64,000 bases of DNA from an uncultured Roseburia sp. GTDB taxonomy: Bacteria; Bacillota; Clostridia; Lachnospirales; Lachnospiraceae. How positions within the stretch are numbered: the stretch's first letter is position 1; the number at the start of each line of letters is the position of its first letter. This document shows positions 45,590 to 57,455 of the stretch, piece after piece. The notes beneath the pieces were generated by a model. It was given only the letters and a program-made list of their open reading frames with translations. It searched no databases and had not been told where the DNA came from. A program made the position numbers and the translations under genes. The stretch is from assembly GCA_947174805.1 (NCBI GenBank), contig CAMWKH010000007.1, positions 10,345 to 74,344 on the forward strand, in the 5' to 3' direction.

Positions 45590-46327
45590 ATGCGAAGAGA
45601 TAAAGGCAAAGCCGTAATGGGAATTTTGGCAGCAGTTCTAATTCTGCTGTTTGTGGTACAATGGCTGGACAGTCCAGGAGAGGCAAAGGATGAGTTTATG
45701 GAAACAATGATGAATCAGAAAAGTTATGCTGAAATTGCAGAGATCTTAAGGGAGTTGGGAATCGAAGGGCTCTCAGAAGAAATTGTGGCAGAAATGGATA
45801 AAAGTTATGCAGACATACCCCAGGAGATGCTTGTGGACATGATGGAGATAGAGCAGCCAAATAAAACGGCAATGCTCCTTGCCGCAGTGGGCAGTGGGAC
45901 ATATGATTACGAAAACTGGACATGGACGCCGGGAAGCAGCAGCGTGTATGCTTTTGATGTGGAAGTTATGGACATTTCAAAGATGTATACAAATTTTCTA
46001 ATGGGAGTCAGTGCAATCGGCGGCGGGGAGCTGGATTTTACCAATGTGGCGGAGGATATGAGCCGGGTGGACCAGGAGGCCGGGACGGGAGTGCGGATTG
46101 TCACCTTTGACTGGAAGGGAGAGAGTTATACTTTAGAGGCAGAAGAGAATCAAGACTGGTTTGATTTTCAGGTGGCGGAGGGTTTAAATGAGATAATCAA
46201 GGCAAAGGGCGGCTCTAAAAAACTTTATTTTGGCTCTGACGGATACCAGGAATGTATTGTTTTTTATTGTGAAAAAGGCTGGGCAAAAGAATTTGAGAAG
46301 AAAACAGGTCTTAAATTAGAGAATTAA
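45590..46327 (+). CDS. Hypothetical exported or membrane-anchored acidic protein
   Basis: N-terminal hydrophobic anchor, 245 aa, RBS present. Confidence 0.7.
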   Translation: MRRDKGKAVMGILAAVLILLFVVQWLDSPGEAKDEFMETMMNQKSYAEIAEILRELGIEGLSEEIVAEMDKSYADIPQEMLVDMMEIEQPNKTAMLLAAVGSGTYDYENWTWTPGSSSVYAFDVEVMDISKMYTNFLMGVSAIGGGELDFTNVAEDMSRVDQEAGTGVRIVTFDWKGESYTLEAEENQDWFDFQVAEGLNEIIKAKGGSKKLYFGSDGYQECIVFYCEKGWAKEFEKKTGLKLEN

Positions 46328-46378
46328 CAGGTACTTATCGGAGGCAATTTGTGATATACTATATCTGAGGTGAAAAAA

Positions 46379-47362
46379 ATGGATGACAAACACTATGCGG
46401 TGCTGATTGATTCAGACAATGTTTCGGCCAGGTATATAACAGTAATTTTAGACGAGATGACGAAGTACGGCACCATAACTTACAAAAGGATTTACGGAGA
46501 CTGGACAAGCAATCAGGCTTCCAAATGGCGGGAGGAGCTTTTGGAAAATTCCATTACTCCCATTCAGCAGTTCTGCAATACTGTGGGGAAAAATGCCACG
46601 GACTCTGCCCTGATTATTGATGCCATGGATATTTTGTATACAGGACATGTGGACGGGTTCTGCATTGTATCCTCGGACAGCGATTTCACAAAACTTGCCA
46701 GCAGGCTAAGGGAATCCGGCATGGATGTAATCGGCATGGGAGAGGCAAAGACCCCCAAGTCTTTTAAAGCGGCCTGCTCCGTGTTTACCAACCTGGAAAT
46801 CCTCCTAGAGCAGGAGGCGGATAAGGTGGACAATATCTCCATGAAAACCATACAGGAAGCCATCGTGGAAATTATCACGGAAAATGAAAACAACGGGCGG
46901 AAAACCGGGCTTGCGGAAGTGGGAAATTCCCTGTTAAAGAAATATTCCGATTTTGACGTCCGCAGCTATGGATACAGTTCCCTGTCCCGGTTTATCGAGG
47001 AAATGCGGGATACCTTTACCCTGCACAAAAAGGACAATGCCATCTATGTGAAGTTGGAGGACGTGAGCTTAAAGCGGGAACAGCTTGAGTCCTATGTGAG
47101 AGAACAGGTGGCAAATTCCAATGGGGAAGGGGTGGATTTGGCTGCCCTGGGCCAGAAACTCCACAAAAAGTATCCGGATTTTAAGGTAAAAGAGTACGGT
47201 TATTCCACATTGCAGAAATTTGTTTCCCAGATAGACGGATTGGAATTGGTGACGGAGAACGGACTGCAGAAAACGGTGGTGGAGAGAGAACAGAAAAAAG
47301 CCATCGAACAGTCAAAGAAGACGATTCTCCACGGAAAGAGGGGGAGAAAAAGTGGAATGTGA
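46379..47362 (+). CDS. NYN (PIN-like) ribonuclease domain with two OST-HTH/LOTUS domains
   Basis: VLIDSDN, KRIYGDW, GKNATDSALIIDAMD, VSSDSDFTKL; two ...YGYSSLS/YGYSTLQKF LOTUS-like repeats. Confidence 0.92.
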   Translation: MDDKHYAVLIDSDNVSARYITVILDEMTKYGTITYKRIYGDWTSNQASKWREELLENSITPIQQFCNTVGKNATDSALIIDAMDILYTGHVDGFCIVSSDSDFTKLASRLRESGMDVIGMGEAKTPKSFKAACSVFTNLEILLEQEADKVDNISMKTIQEAIVEIITENENNGRKTGLAEVGNSLLKKYSDFDVRSYGYSSLSRFIEEMRDTFTLHKKDNAIYVKLEDVSLKREQLESYVREQVANSNGEGVDLAALGQKLHKKYPDFKVKEYGYSTLQKFVSQIDGLELVTENGLQKTVVEREQKKAIEQSKKTILHGKRGRKSGM

Positions 47363-47522
47363 TTACTGTGCTTACAATGCCTATGATGAGGAAGAGGAGG
47401 AGTATTACTGTTCCGTAAATTTAGACGAGGACGATATGGCCAGGTTTATGAGCCGAAAATACAAATCCTGCCCTTACTTTAAAAACGGGGATGAGTACAA
47501 GGTGGTGCGGCATCAGATGTAA
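47352..47522 (+). CDS. 56-aa acidic 4-Cys protein (DUF6472-like); not in the ORF track
   Basis: GTG start, then ECDYCAYNAYDEEEEEYYCSVNLDEDDMARFMSRKYKSCPYFKNGDEYKVVRHQM; overlaps the NYN stop by 11 nt. Confidence 0.8.
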   Translation: MECDYCAYNAYDEEEEEYYCSVNLDEDDMARFMSRKYKSCPYFKNGDEYKVVRHQM

Positions 47523-47562
47523 GATTTTCCTGTGCCTGTTGGATTGCAGGAGATAATAGGTG

Positions 47563-47608
47563 AAAAAACAGACAGCCCTTATGATGAATAAGAGCTGTCT
47601 GTTTTTTT
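47563..47608. terminator. Bidirectional terminator
   Basis: AAAAAACAGACAGC...GCTGTCTGTTTTTT. Confidence 0.88.
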
Positions 47609-47627
47609 ATACACGGTCATAAAGATG

Positions 47628-49232
47628 TTATCTCACCGTCTTTAAAGCAGCCTCCACAAAGCCTTTAAACAGGGGATGGGGGCGGTTGGGCCTGGATTTT
47701 AACTCCGGGTGGGCCTGGGTGGCGATAAACCAGGGATGATTTGGAAGCTCAATCATCTCCACAATTCTGCCGTCCGGGGAAATACCGCAGAGCTTCATGC
47801 CGTTTTCCGTTAATATATTTCTGAAATCGTTGTTTACCTCATAGCGGTGTCTGTGCCTCTCGTGAATGGTTTTTTCTTTATACAAGGCATACGCCCTGGA
47901 AGAAGGGTCAAGGTCACAGGGGTAAGAGCCAAGCCTTAGGGTTCCTCCGATATCTTCCACGCCATCCTGGTCCGGCATCAGGGCGATGACGGGATGGGTG
48001 GTTTTGGGGTCTAATTCAATGCTGTGGGCATCGTGCATCCCGCAGACATTTCTGGCATATTCAATAATGGATACCTGCATGCCAAGGCAAAGGCCAAGGT
48101 AGGGAATGTTTTTGGTCCGGGCGTAATTTGCCGCCACAATCATGCCCTCCACCCCACGGTTGCCAAACCCGCCGGGAACCAGGATACCTTGGGAGCTGCC
48201 CAATATTTCCTCTGCATTTTCCGCATTTAACAACTCGGAATCCACCCAGTTTAAGTTTACGGTGGCGCACTCTGCAATGCCTCCGTGCTTTAATGCCTCC
48301 ACCACAGAGATGTAGGCGTCGTGGAGCTGGGTGTATTTCCCTACCAGGGAGATATTTACCTCCTTCGTGGGGTGCCTTAAGTTGTCCACCATCTGTTTCC
48401 AATCCTCTAAATCCGGTTCGGGACAGTCTAAGTGGAGACATTCGCAGGCGACCTTTGCCAGATTTTCTTTTTCCATGGCAAGGGGGGCTTCGTATAAATA
48501 TTCCACGTCCAGATTCTGCAGAACATGTCCGTTTGGCACATTACAGAACAAGGCGATTTTATCCTTGATTCCCTGGTCTAAGGGCTGTTCGGAACGGCAT
48601 ACAATCATATCCGGCTGAATTCCCATCCCCTGTAAATCCTTAACACTGGCCTGGGTGGGCTTTGTCTTCAACTCCCCGGAGGCTTTCAGATAGGGGATTA
48701 AAGTGACGTGGATTAAAATGGCATTTTCATGGCCCACGTCCTGCTGGAACTGACGGATAGCCTCTAAAAAGGGCTGGCTTTCAATATCTCCCACAGTTCC
48801 GCCTACTTCTATGATGGCAATGTGAGTGTCGTTTGTAGTAAAATTCCGGTAAAAACGGTTTTTAATTTCATTGGTAATATGGGGGATGACCTGTACCGTG
48901 CCTCCGCCAAAATCTCCCCGGCGTTCCTTCTGCAGAACAGACCAATAAATTTTTCCTGTAGTTACATTGGAATTTTTTGTCAGGCTCTCATCAATAAAAC
49001 GCTCATAGTGGCCCAAGTCCAAATCCGTTTCCGCACCGTCGTCGGTTACAAACACCTCACCGTGCTGGATGGGGTTCATGGTACCCGGGTCGATGTTGAT
49101 ATAGGGATCAAATTTCTGCATAGTTACTTTGTATCCGCGGGCTTTCAATAAACGGCCGAGAGATGCTGCTGTGATTCCTTTACCCAGGCCGGATACCACA
49201 CCGCCGGTGACGAATACATATTTTACGGGCAT
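47628..49232 (-). CDS. pyrG: CTP synthase
   Basis: [42 protein letters not shown]. Confidence 0.99.
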   Translation of the reverse strand: MPVKYVFVTGGVVSGLGKGITAASLGRLLKARGYKVTMQKFDPYINIDPGTMNPIQHGEVFVTDDGAETDLDLGHYERFIDESLTKNSNVTTGKIYWSVLQKERRGDFGGGTVQVIPHITNEIKNRFYRNFTTNDTHIAIIEVGGTVGDIESQPFLEAIRQFQQDVGHENAILIHVTLIPYLKASGELKTKPTQASVKDLQGMGIQPDMIVCRSEQPLDQGIKDKIALFCNVPNGHVLQNLDVEYLYEAPLAMEKENLAKVACECLHLDCPEPDLEDWKQMVDNLRHPTKEVNISLVGKYTQLHDAYISVVEALKHGGIAECATVNLNWVDSELLNAENAEEILGSSQGILVPGGFGNRGVEGMIVAANYARTKNIPYLGLCLGMQVSIIEYARNVCGMHDAHSIELDPKTTHPVIALMPDQDGVEDIGGTLRLGSYPCDLDPSSRAYALYKEKTIHERHRHRYEVNNDFRNILTENGMKLCGISPDGRIVEMIELPNHPWFIATQAHPELKSRPNRPHPLFKGFVEAALKTVR

Positions 49233-49465
49233 GTCTTATCCTCCTTCAAATGAAAAATGCTGGCTTTTTTACAATTAAAATAACCTATTCATTATACAAC
49301 CTCTTGTCAGAGAAATCTACAAATTTTTAAAAGATTTCGGGATTTCTGAAGGTTTTTTATAAAAACTTAAGAAAAAACAAGAAAAGTTCACCAACATCTT
49401 ATTGCTTTTACCGCCTATTACACATATAATAAAACTGTTTAGAAATTTAATACACGGAGGAAACT

Positions 49466-51355
49466 ATGGATAACCAGGAACAGAATAATCAGAATAACAG
49501 GAACAATAAAAACGGTCAGATGCTTATGACCTTTATTATAGTGTCACTGTTTGCCCTGTTTATTATGACGCTTGTTTCCAATCGGGTCAGCCAGCAGTTT
49601 AATCAGGAAATTTCCTACACGGAATTTTTGGAAAAAATTGAGGCGGACGAAGTAGAAAGCATCAAATATACAGGTACTCAGATTAATATTACCCAGAAAA
49701 AGGACAAGGAGAAGGGGAGAAGGCCCCAGTATCAGATTACTTATTACACAGGTATGGTGGACGACCCGGAACTGATGCCTCTCTTAAAAAAGCACAATGT
49801 GGAGATATTCGGTTACATACCGGATAACACTTCCACCTGGATTTACAATATCTTAAGTTTTGTGATTCCTCTGGCCCTTGTGTGGATTCTCATGGCGTTT
49901 TTAATGCGGCGCATGGGGGGCGGCGGCATGATGGGTGTGGGGAAAACCACTGCCAAAGTCTATGTGGAAAAGAGTACGGGAGTTACTTTTAAAGACGTGG
50001 CGGGGCAGGACGAGGCAAAAGAGTCCCTCCAGGAAGTGGTGGACTTCCTTCACAATCCCCAGAAGTACAGGGAAATCGGTGCAAAACTTCCCAAAGGAGC
50101 CCTTCTTGTGGGACCTCCCGGAACAGGTAAGACCCTTCTTGCAAAAGCCGTGGCGGGGGAGGCGAAAGTCCCCTTTTTCTCCCTGGCAGGCTCTGATTTT
50201 GTGGAAATGTTTGTGGGTGTGGGAGCGTCCCGTGTCCGGGATTTGTTTAAAGAGGCCCAGAAACAGGCACCCTGTATTATCTTTATAGATGAGATAGATG
50301 CTATCGGAAAGAGCCGTGATTCCCGTTACGGGGGTGGGAATGACGAGAGGGAACAGACCTTAAACCAGCTTCTCGCCGAGATGGACGGTTTCGATACTTC
50401 CAAGGGGCTCTTGATTTTAGCGGCGACCAACCGCCCTGAGGTCTTGGATAAAGCCCTCCTTCGTCCCGGGCGTTTCGACAGGCGTATTATCGTGGACAGA
50501 CCGGACCAGAAAGGCCGTCTGGAAACCTTGCGGGTACATGCCAAGGACGTGCGCATGGACGAATCCGTGGATTTAAATGCCCTTGCCCTTGCCACTGCAG
50601 GGCTGGTGGGTTCTGACCTTGCCAATATGATAAACGAGGCTGCTATCAACGCGGTAAAAAAAGGCAGGAAATTTGTAAATCAGCCCGATTTATTTGAAGC
50701 TTTTGAGCTTGTGGCTGTGGGGGGCAAAGAAAAGAAAAACCGGGTGATGAGCGAGAAAGAGCGGAGAATGGTAGCCTACCACGAGGTGGGCCATGCTATG
50801 GTTGCCGCACTGCAGAAGAATACGGAGCCGGTGCAGAAAATTACCATTGTCCCAAGAACCATGGGAGCTTTGGGATATACCTTACAGACCCCGGAGGAAG
50901 AAAAGTATCTGGAGACAAAGGAAGAGCTTTTGGCAAAAATCGTCACCTTTATGGGGGGCCGTGCCGCAGAGGAGATTGTATTTAAAACCGTTACCAGCGG
51001 AGCTGCCAACGATATTGAGCAGGCCACCAATGTGGCGAAATCCATGATTACCCGGTTTGGTATGTCAGATAAATTCGGAATGATGAACCTGGTGACTGTG
51101 GAGAGCCAGTACTTAGACGGAAGGGCTGCCATGAACTGTGCGGAAAAGACTGCTGCCCAGGTGGATAAAGAGGTGTTAAAACTCATAAACGAGAGCTATT
51201 CCGCAGCAGTTAAGATGTTAAAAGAGAACAGGGAAGTTTTAGACAAGATTTCCGATTACCTTTACGAGCATGAGACCATTACAGGAAAAGAGTTTATGAA
51301 GATATTCCGTGAGTTAAAAGGGCTTCCGGAACCGGAGGAAGAGCAGGAGAAATAG
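49466..51355 (+). CDS. ftsH: ATP-dependent zinc metalloprotease FtsH
   Basis: [27 protein letters not shown]. Confidence 0.97.
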   Translation: MDNQEQNNQNNRNNKNGQMLMTFIIVSLFALFIMTLVSNRVSQQFNQEISYTEFLEKIEADEVESIKYTGTQINITQKKDKEKGRRPQYQITYYTGMVDDPELMPLLKKHNVEIFGYIPDNTSTWIYNILSFVIPLALVWILMAFLMRRMGGGGMMGVGKTTAKVYVEKSTGVTFKDVAGQDEAKESLQEVVDFLHNPQKYREIGAKLPKGALLVGPPGTGKTLLAKAVAGEAKVPFFSLAGSDFVEMFVGVGASRVRDLFKEAQKQAPCIIFIDEIDAIGKSRDSRYGGGNDEREQTLNQLLAEMDGFDTSKGLLILAATNRPEVLDKALLRPGRFDRRIIVDRPDQKGRLETLRVHAKDVRMDESVDLNALALATAGLVGSDLANMINEAAINAVKKGRKFVNQPDLFEAFELVAVGGKEKKNRVMSEKERRMVAYHEVGHAMVAALQKNTEPVQKITIVPRTMGALGYTLQTPEEEKYLETKEELLAKIVTFMGGRAAEEIVFKTVTSGAANDIEQATNVAKSMITRFGMSDKFGMMNLVTVESQYLDGRAAMNCAEKTAAQVDKEVLKLINESYSAAVKMLKENREVLDKISDYLYEHETITGKEFMKIFRELKGLPEPEEEQEK

Positions 51356-51368
51356 GAAAGAGAGCCAT

Positions 51369-53240
51369 ATGTTTGTAATTGAAGATGAGTTAAAAAAACT
51401 CCCGGATCAGCCGGGAGTTTATATTATGCACGACAAAAATGATACTATAATTTATATCGGGAAGGCGGTTTCCCTGACAAAAAGGGTGCATCAGTATTTT
51501 CAGGCCAGCCACAATGAGGGAATTAAAAAAAATCAGATGGTAAAACAGATTGTGCGGTTCGAGTATATTGTGACGGATTCCGAGCTGGAAGCCTTAGTCC
51601 TTGAGTGCAATCTGATAAAAGAGCACCGCCCCAAGTACAATACCATGCTTCGGGATGACAAGACCTATCCGTATATAAAAGTGACTCTGGGGGAAGACTT
51701 TCCAAGAGTCCTTTTTTCCCGCATGATGAAAAAAGACAAATCTAGGTATTTTGGGCCCTACACCAGCGCCGGGGCGGTGAAAGATTCCATTGACCTGTTA
51801 AACAAACTCTATGGCCTTAGGACCTGCAGCAGGGTACTGCCCAGGGATATTGGAAAGCAGCGCCCCTGCTTAAACTACCATATCAAACAGTGCAATGCCC
51901 CCTGTCAGGGATATGTCTCAAAGGAGGAGTACAGAAAGCGGGTGGAGCAGGCGGTTAAGTTCTTAAACGGGGAGTACCAGCCGGTGATGAAAGAACTTAC
52001 GGAAAAAATGAACGCCGCTTCCCAGGAGATGGAATATGAGAAGGCAATGGAATACCGGGACCTTTTAAACAGTGTAAAGCAGATTGCCCAGAAACAGAAA
52101 ATCACTCATTCCGACGGGGAGGACAAGGATGTTATCGGGGTGTCCAAAGACGGGGAAGACGCTGTGGTGCAGGTGTTTTTTATCCGGGGGGGAAAACTTA
52201 TCGGCAGGGAGCATTTTTATGTGAATGTGGCCGGGGAAGATAAGAGAAGCCAGATATTGTCTGTCTTTATCAAGCAGTATTACGGGGGTACCCCTGTGAT
52301 TCCCAAAACAATTATGCTGCCCTTGCCCATAGAGGAAAAAGAGGTATTGGAGGAATGGCTTACAAACAAGCGGGGCCAGAAAGTCCATATCAAGATTCCC
52401 CAGAGGGGCCAGAAAGAAAAGCTAGTGGAGCTGGCGGTGAGAAACGCCCATCTTGTGTTAAGCCAGGACAAGGAGAAAATCAAGAGGGAGGAAGGCAGGA
52501 CCATCGGGGCGATGAAGGAGATTGCAAATTTATTAAGTCTTCCTTCTATTTTAAGGGTGGAGGCTTACGATATCTCAAATATCAGCGGTTTTCAATCCGT
52601 TGGCTCCATGGTTGTCTATGAGAAGGGGAAACCCTGCCGCAGCGATTACCGGAAATTCCGCTTAAAAACCGTGAAAGGGCCGGACGACTATGCCTCCATG
52701 CATGAAGTACTCACCAGGCGTTTCCAGCACGGAATGAAAGAAAAGGAGACCTTAAAAGAAAAAGAGTTAGATGAGAACTATGGAAGTTTTACCAAATTTC
52801 CTGACCTCATAATGATGGACGGGGGAAGAGGGCAGGTAAACATTGCCCTGCAGGTGTTAGACGAGCTGCATCTTAACATTCCAGTGTGCGGCATGGTAAA
52901 GGACGATAATCACCGCACCAGGGGACTGTATTTTAACAATGTGGAAATCCCCATTGACAGAGGGAGTGAAGGGTTTAAACTAATCACAAGGATTCAGGAC
53001 GAAGCCCACCGATTTGCCATTGAATACCACCGCTCTTTAAGGAGCAAAGGGCAGGTGCACTCTGTCTTAGATGATATCCCGGGAATCGGCGCCTCCAGAA
53101 GAAAAGCCCTTATGATGCGGTATTCTTCTTTGGATGCCATACGGCTGGCCAGCATAGAGGAACTTGCCGCCACGCCCTCCATGAATATCCAGGCGGCGGA
53201 GGCGGTCTATAAGTACTTTCATACAGTTGATGGAGAATGA
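51369..53240 (+). CDS. uvrC: Excinuclease ABC subunit C
   Basis: PGVY...[34 protein letters not shown], HhH. Confidence 0.98.
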   Translation: MFVIEDELKKLPDQPGVYIMHDKNDTIIYIGKAVSLTKRVHQYFQASHNEGIKKNQMVKQIVRFEYIVTDSELEALVLECNLIKEHRPKYNTMLRDDKTYPYIKVTLGEDFPRVLFSRMMKKDKSRYFGPYTSAGAVKDSIDLLNKLYGLRTCSRVLPRDIGKQRPCLNYHIKQCNAPCQGYVSKEEYRKRVEQAVKFLNGEYQPVMKELTEKMNAASQEMEYEKAMEYRDLLNSVKQIAQKQKITHSDGEDKDVIGVSKDGEDAVVQVFFIRGGKLIGREHFYVNVAGEDKRSQILSVFIKQYYGGTPVIPKTIMLPLPIEEKEVLEEWLTNKRGQKVHIKIPQRGQKEKLVELAVRNAHLVLSQDKEKIKREEGRTIGAMKEIANLLSLPSILRVEAYDISNISGFQSVGSMVVYEKGKPCRSDYRKFRLKTVKGPDDYASMHEVLTRRFQHGMKEKETLKEKELDENYGSFTKFPDLIMMDGGRGQVNIALQVLDELHLNIPVCGMVKDDNHRTRGLYFNNVEIPIDRGSEGFKLITRIQDEAHRFAIEYHRSLRSKGQVHSVLDDIPGIGASRRKALMMRYSSLDAIRLASIEELAATPSMNIQAAEAVYKYFHTVDGE

Positions 53241-53312
53241 AAAATATGGTATACTCTTAAGCGTATCAGAAAAAGGAAAAGATGAAGAAAGAAGAAAAAG
53301 GAGCGTAGCCGT

Positions 53313-54248
53313 ATGGAGGGAGTAAGCGTAGCAAAGATAGCAAAAAAAATGGATTTGATGAATTATACCCCGGACATAGATTTGAAGGAGCACCGAATTT
53401 TACTTGCGGATGTAAACCGTCCTGCACTTCAGTTAAGTGGATATTTCGAGCATTTTGAACAATCCAGGGTGCAGCTTATTGGGATGGTGGAATACGCCTA
53501 TCTCCGGAAACAGTCAGAGGCGCAGCGGAAGGATTTGTACGAGAAGTTTTTATCTTTTGATATTCCCTGCGTGATTTTCTGCCGGGGATTTGAGCCGGAT
53601 GATTCTTTTATGCAGGCAGCATTGAAGAATAACGTGCCTATATTCGGGACATCCAGAGGAACTTCCGAATTTATGGCGGAGCTCATCTATACATTGAAGG
53701 AGGCCCTTGCGCCCTGTATTACCATTCACGGTGTGCTGGTGGACGTTTACGGCGAGGGTCTTATGATAATGGGGGAGAGCGGAATCGGAAAAAGCGAAGC
53801 TGCCCTTGAACTGGTAAAAAGGGGACACCGTCTCGTGACAGATGATGTGGTGGAAATCCGAAAGATTAACGACAATACCCTGATTGGAACTTCCCCGGAT
53901 GTGACCAGATACTTTATCGAATTAAGGGGTATCGGCATCCTGGATGTAAAAACCTTGTTTGGTGTGGAGTGCGTAAAGGAAAAACAGAGCATCGACCTGG
54001 TCATTAAAATGGAGGACTGGAAAAAAGAGAACGATTATGACAGGCTGGGCTTGGAGGAAGAGTATATCGAGTTTCTTGGAAATAAGGTGGTGTGCCATTC
54101 CCTTCCCATCCGTCCGGGGCGTAACCTGGCAGTTATCTGCGAGGCGGCTGCCGTAAACCACCGTCAGAAAAAGATGGGATACAATGCCGCACAGGAGTTG
54201 TACCGGAGAGTTCAGGCGAACCTTACAAAGCCGGATGATGAAGAATAA
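53313..54248 (+). CDS. hprK: HPr kinase/phosphorylase
   Basis: VNRPALQLSG, GESGIGKSE, LVTDD, PIRPGRN. Confidence 0.98.
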   Translation: MEGVSVAKIAKKMDLMNYTPDIDLKEHRILLADVNRPALQLSGYFEHFEQSRVQLIGMVEYAYLRKQSEAQRKDLYEKFLSFDIPCVIFCRGFEPDDSFMQAALKNNVPIFGTSRGTSEFMAELIYTLKEALAPCITIHGVLVDVYGEGLMIMGESGIGKSEAALELVKRGHRLVTDDVVEIRKINDNTLIGTSPDVTRYFIELRGIGILDVKTLFGVECVKEKQSIDLVIKMEDWKKENDYDRLGLEEEYIEFLGNKVVCHSLPIRPGRNLAVICEAAAVNHRQKKMGYNAAQELYRRVQANLTKPDDEE

Positions 54249-54276
54249 AAAAATATTATAGAAAGAAGACGAAAAA

Positions 54277-55674
54277 ATGGAAAACAAAAATGCATGGGGG
54301 AAATATCCCGAAGGAAACAGAGAAAAAGTATTGGGCTTTGCAGAAGAGTACCGCAGATTTATTTCATCCTGTAAGACAGAGAGGGAATGTGTCACAGAGT
54401 TTGTAGAGCGGGCAAAAGCTGCAGGATTTAAAGATTTAAAAGAATTAGTGGAAAAAGGAACGGCTTTAAAGAGCGGCGACAAAGTGTATTATAACCAGAT
54501 GGGAAAATCCATCGCACTGTTTGTTTTGGGAAAACAGCCTTTAGAGCAGGGGATGAATATCTTGGGAGCCCATGTGGATTCCCCCAGAATTGACTTGAAA
54601 CAAGTGCCCTTGTACGAGGATACCCAGATGGCCCTTCTGGACACCCATTATTACGGCGGGGTGAAAAAGTACCAGTGGGTGACGCTTCCCTTAGCCCTCC
54701 ACGGCGTCTTTGCCAAAAAAGACGGAAGCGTGGTTTCCTTTAGTATTGGAGAAAATCCGGAGGACCCGGTATTTGGCATCAGCGACCTTCTGGTGCATCT
54801 CTCCGGAGACCAGATGGAGAAAAAGGCGTCCAAAGTGATAGAAGGGGAAAAAATGGATATCCTTATCGGCAGTATCCCTGCAGAACTTGCCGGGGAGGAT
54901 AAGGAGAAGACGAAAGAACTGGTAAAGGCGAATATGCTTACCATTCTGGAAAAAATGTACGGCATTAAAGAGGAGGATTTCCTCTCTGCGGAGATTGAGG
55001 CAGTTCCTGCCGGGCCGGCAAGGGATTACGGATTTGACCGCAGCATGATTATGGGATACGGCCATGACGACAGGGTATGTGCATACCCCTCTTTCCAGGC
55101 TATTTTAAATACCAAAGACCCGGAGAAGACATGCGTATGCCTTTTGGTGGATAAAGAAGAAATCGGAAGCGTAGGGGCAACCGGTATGCACTCCAGATTT
55201 TTTGAGGACGCCGTAGCTGAAATTTTAGAACTTGAGGGAGAGTATTCCGGCATTAAAGTGCGCCGGGCTATGCGGAATTCCAAAATGCTCTCATCCGATG
55301 TAAGTGCAGCTTTTGATTCCAATTATCCTGAAACCATGGAGAAAAAGAATGCGGCATATTTCGGAATGGGACTGGTATTTAACAAATACACCGGTTCCAG
55401 GGGGAAAAGCGGCTCCAATGATGCAAATGCAGAATATATGGCAGAACTTCGTCATATTTTAGATAAAAATAATGTGACTTTCCAGACATCAGAACTGGGA
55501 AAAGTGGACCAGGGCGGCGGCGGAACCATTGCATACATTCTTGCAAACTACGGGATGCAGGTGATTGACTGCGGCGTGGCAGTGTTAAGTATGCATGCCC
55601 CTTGGGAGATTATCAGCAAAGTAGATCTCTATGAGGCACTTTTGGGGTATGAAGCATTTTTCAGAGAGGCATAA
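54277..55674 (+). CDS. M18 family (aspartyl) aminopeptidase
   Basis: AHVDSP, THYYGG, GHDDR, DKEEIGS, SDV, MHAP. Confidence 0.93.
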   Translation: MENKNAWGKYPEGNREKVLGFAEEYRRFISSCKTERECVTEFVERAKAAGFKDLKELVEKGTALKSGDKVYYNQMGKSIALFVLGKQPLEQGMNILGAHVDSPRIDLKQVPLYEDTQMALLDTHYYGGVKKYQWVTLPLALHGVFAKKDGSVVSFSIGENPEDPVFGISDLLVHLSGDQMEKKASKVIEGEKMDILIGSIPAELAGEDKEKTKELVKANMLTILEKMYGIKEEDFLSAEIEAVPAGPARDYGFDRSMIMGYGHDDRVCAYPSFQAILNTKDPEKTCVCLLVDKEEIGSVGATGMHSRFFEDAVAEILELEGEYSGIKVRRAMRNSKMLSSDVSAAFDSNYPETMEKKNAAYFGMGLVFNKYTGSRGKSGSNDANAEYMAELRHILDKNNVTFQTSELGKVDQGGGGTIAYILANYGMQVIDCGVAVLSMHAPWEIISKVDLYEALLGYEAFFREA

Positions 55675-56585
55675 TGCAGGTGGAAAAGTTGTGGGATGAG
55701 TTAAGAAAAGTATTGGATGAAAATCAAATATTGAGAAATGAGCCCATGAAAAGGCACACCACTTTTCAGGCAGGAGGGCCGGCGGATTGGTATCTTCTGC
55801 CAAGGGCCGGCCAGCTTGCGCCTCTCCTTGCCCTGTTAAGGGAAACGAATACAGAGATTACCGTAATCGGCAACGGAAGTAACCTTCTGGTTGGAGACGG
55901 GGGAATCCGGGGAGCGGTGATTGAAATTGGCAAGTCCATGCAGGAAGTTTCCGTTTCGGGGAGAGCCATAAGGGCCCAGGCAGGGGCAATTCTTGGCAGC
56001 GTGGTGTCTAAGGCCTGCCAAAACGGCCTTACAGGGATGGAATTTGCAGCGGGAATCCCAGGATCCGTTGGGGGCGCCATGGTGATGAACGCCGGAGCAT
56101 ACGGCGGGGAAATGAAAGATGTTGTTGCCAAGGTGAAAGTCCTCACCCCCCGGGGAGACATTTTAGAGCTTGGGGCGGATGAGATGGAGTTTGGATACCG
56201 CAGGAGTATTGTGGCGGAAAAAGGATACGTGGTATTGGAGGCAGAGTTTGTCCTCACTCCCGGGGAGAAAGAGGAGATAAAAAGTAAAATGGAAGAACTG
56301 AGGAAGCAGAGAATCAGCAAGCAGCCCATAGAGTATCCCAGCGCCGGAAGCACCTTTAAGCGGCCGGAGGGATATTTTGCAGGGAAACTCATTATGGACT
56401 GCGGCCTTTCCGGTTTTTCTGTGGGGGGGGCCCAGGTATCGGAAAAGCACTGTGGTTTTGTAATTAACAGAGGCGGAACCGCGGCGGATGTGCTTTCAGT
56501 GATTTCACATGTGCAGCAGAAAGTGAAAGAGAGATTCGGCGTGGAGTTAGAGACAGAAGTTAAACTGGTGGGAGAGTTTTTATGA
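55674..56585 (+). CDS. murB: UDP-N-acetylenolpyruvoylglucosamine reductase
   Basis: GNGSNLL, GIPGSVGGA...NAGAYG, SAGSTFKRP, HCGFVIN. Confidence 0.97.
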   Translation: MQVEKLWDELRKVLDENQILRNEPMKRHTTFQAGGPADWYLLPRAGQLAPLLALLRETNTEITVIGNGSNLLVGDGGIRGAVIEIGKSMQEVSVSGRAIRAQAGAILGSVVSKACQNGLTGMEFAAGIPGSVGGAMVMNAGAYGGEMKDVVAKVKVLTPRGDILELGADEMEFGYRRSIVAEKGYVVLEAEFVLTPGEKEEIKSKMEELRKQRISKQPIEYPSAGSTFKRPEGYFAGKLIMDCGLSGFSVGGAQVSEKHCGFVINRGGTAADVLSVISHVQQKVKERFGVELETEVKLVGEFL

Positions 56586-57454
56586 AAGTGGTAATCTTAA
56601 CCGGAATGTCCGGGGCGGGAAAAAGTACGGCATTGAAGATGATGGAGGATATCGGGTTTTATTGTGTGGATAATCTGCCCATACCCCTTATAGAGAAGTT
56701 TGTGGAACTTTCAGAGACAAGTACGGACGAGATTCAAAAGTTTGCCATTGGTGTAGATATCCGCAGCGGAAATTCTTTTGCGGAATTGCGGGGGGTTTTG
56801 GATAAGCTTTATAAAAAAGGGGATTCCCCGGAGATTTTATATCTGGATGCGGAGGATGGCGTCCTAGTAAAGCGTTATAAGGAGACAAGGCGAAACCATC
56901 CCCTTGCAGGGGAAGCCAGGGTGGAATCCGGAATTGCTTTAGAGCGGGAGAAACTTGGCTTTTTAAGAAAGCGGGCGGACTATATCATTGACACCAGCCA
57001 GCTTTTAACCAGGGAACTCCGGGGGGAGCTGGAAAAGATTTTTGTGAAAAACCAGGACTATAAAAGCCTGTTTATCACAATTTTGTCCTTTGGCTTTAAA
57101 TACGGAATACCTGCGGATTCGGATTTGGTCTTTGATGTGCGTTTTCTCCCCAATCCCTATTATGTGGAAGGGCTTCGGTCAAAAAGCGGCAATGACAAAG
57201 AGATACAGGATTTTGTGCTGCAGTACAAAGAATCCCATGAATTTTTGGAAAAACTCACGGATATGGTGAAGTTTTTAATTCCAAACTACATAGCAGAGGG
57301 AAAAAATCAGCTTGTGATAAGTATCGGCTGTACCGGGGGGAAACACCGCTCCGTAACCCTGGCAAATGAACTGTACCATCATCTCTGTGACAGCAGAGAG
57401 TACGGGATTAAAATTGAGCACAGAGATATTGAAAAGGATGCATTGAGGAAGTAA
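56582..57454 (+). CDS. rapZ: RapZ/YvcJ nucleotide-binding protein
   Basis: TGMSGAGKS, VDNLP, SFGFKYG, DVRFLPNP, GCTGGKHRSV. Confidence 0.96.
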   Translation: MKVVILTGMSGAGKSTALKMMEDIGFYCVDNLPIPLIEKFVELSETSTDEIQKFAIGVDIRSGNSFAELRGVLDKLYKKGDSPEILYLDAEDGVLVKRYKETRRNHPLAGEARVESGIALEREKLGFLRKRADYIIDTSQLLTRELRGELEKIFVKNQDYKSLFITILSFGFKYGIPADSDLVFDVRFLPNPYYVEGLRSKSGNDKEIQDFVLQYKESHEFLEKLTDMVKFLIPNYIAEGKNQLVISIGCTGGKHRSVTLANELYHHLCDSREYGIKIEHRDIEKDALRK

Positions 57455-57455
57455 C

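Noticed and set aside
49233-49320. B. subtilis-type pyrG reiterative-transcription attenuator
   Set aside because: No GGGC start sequence and no terminator hairpin in the short leader.
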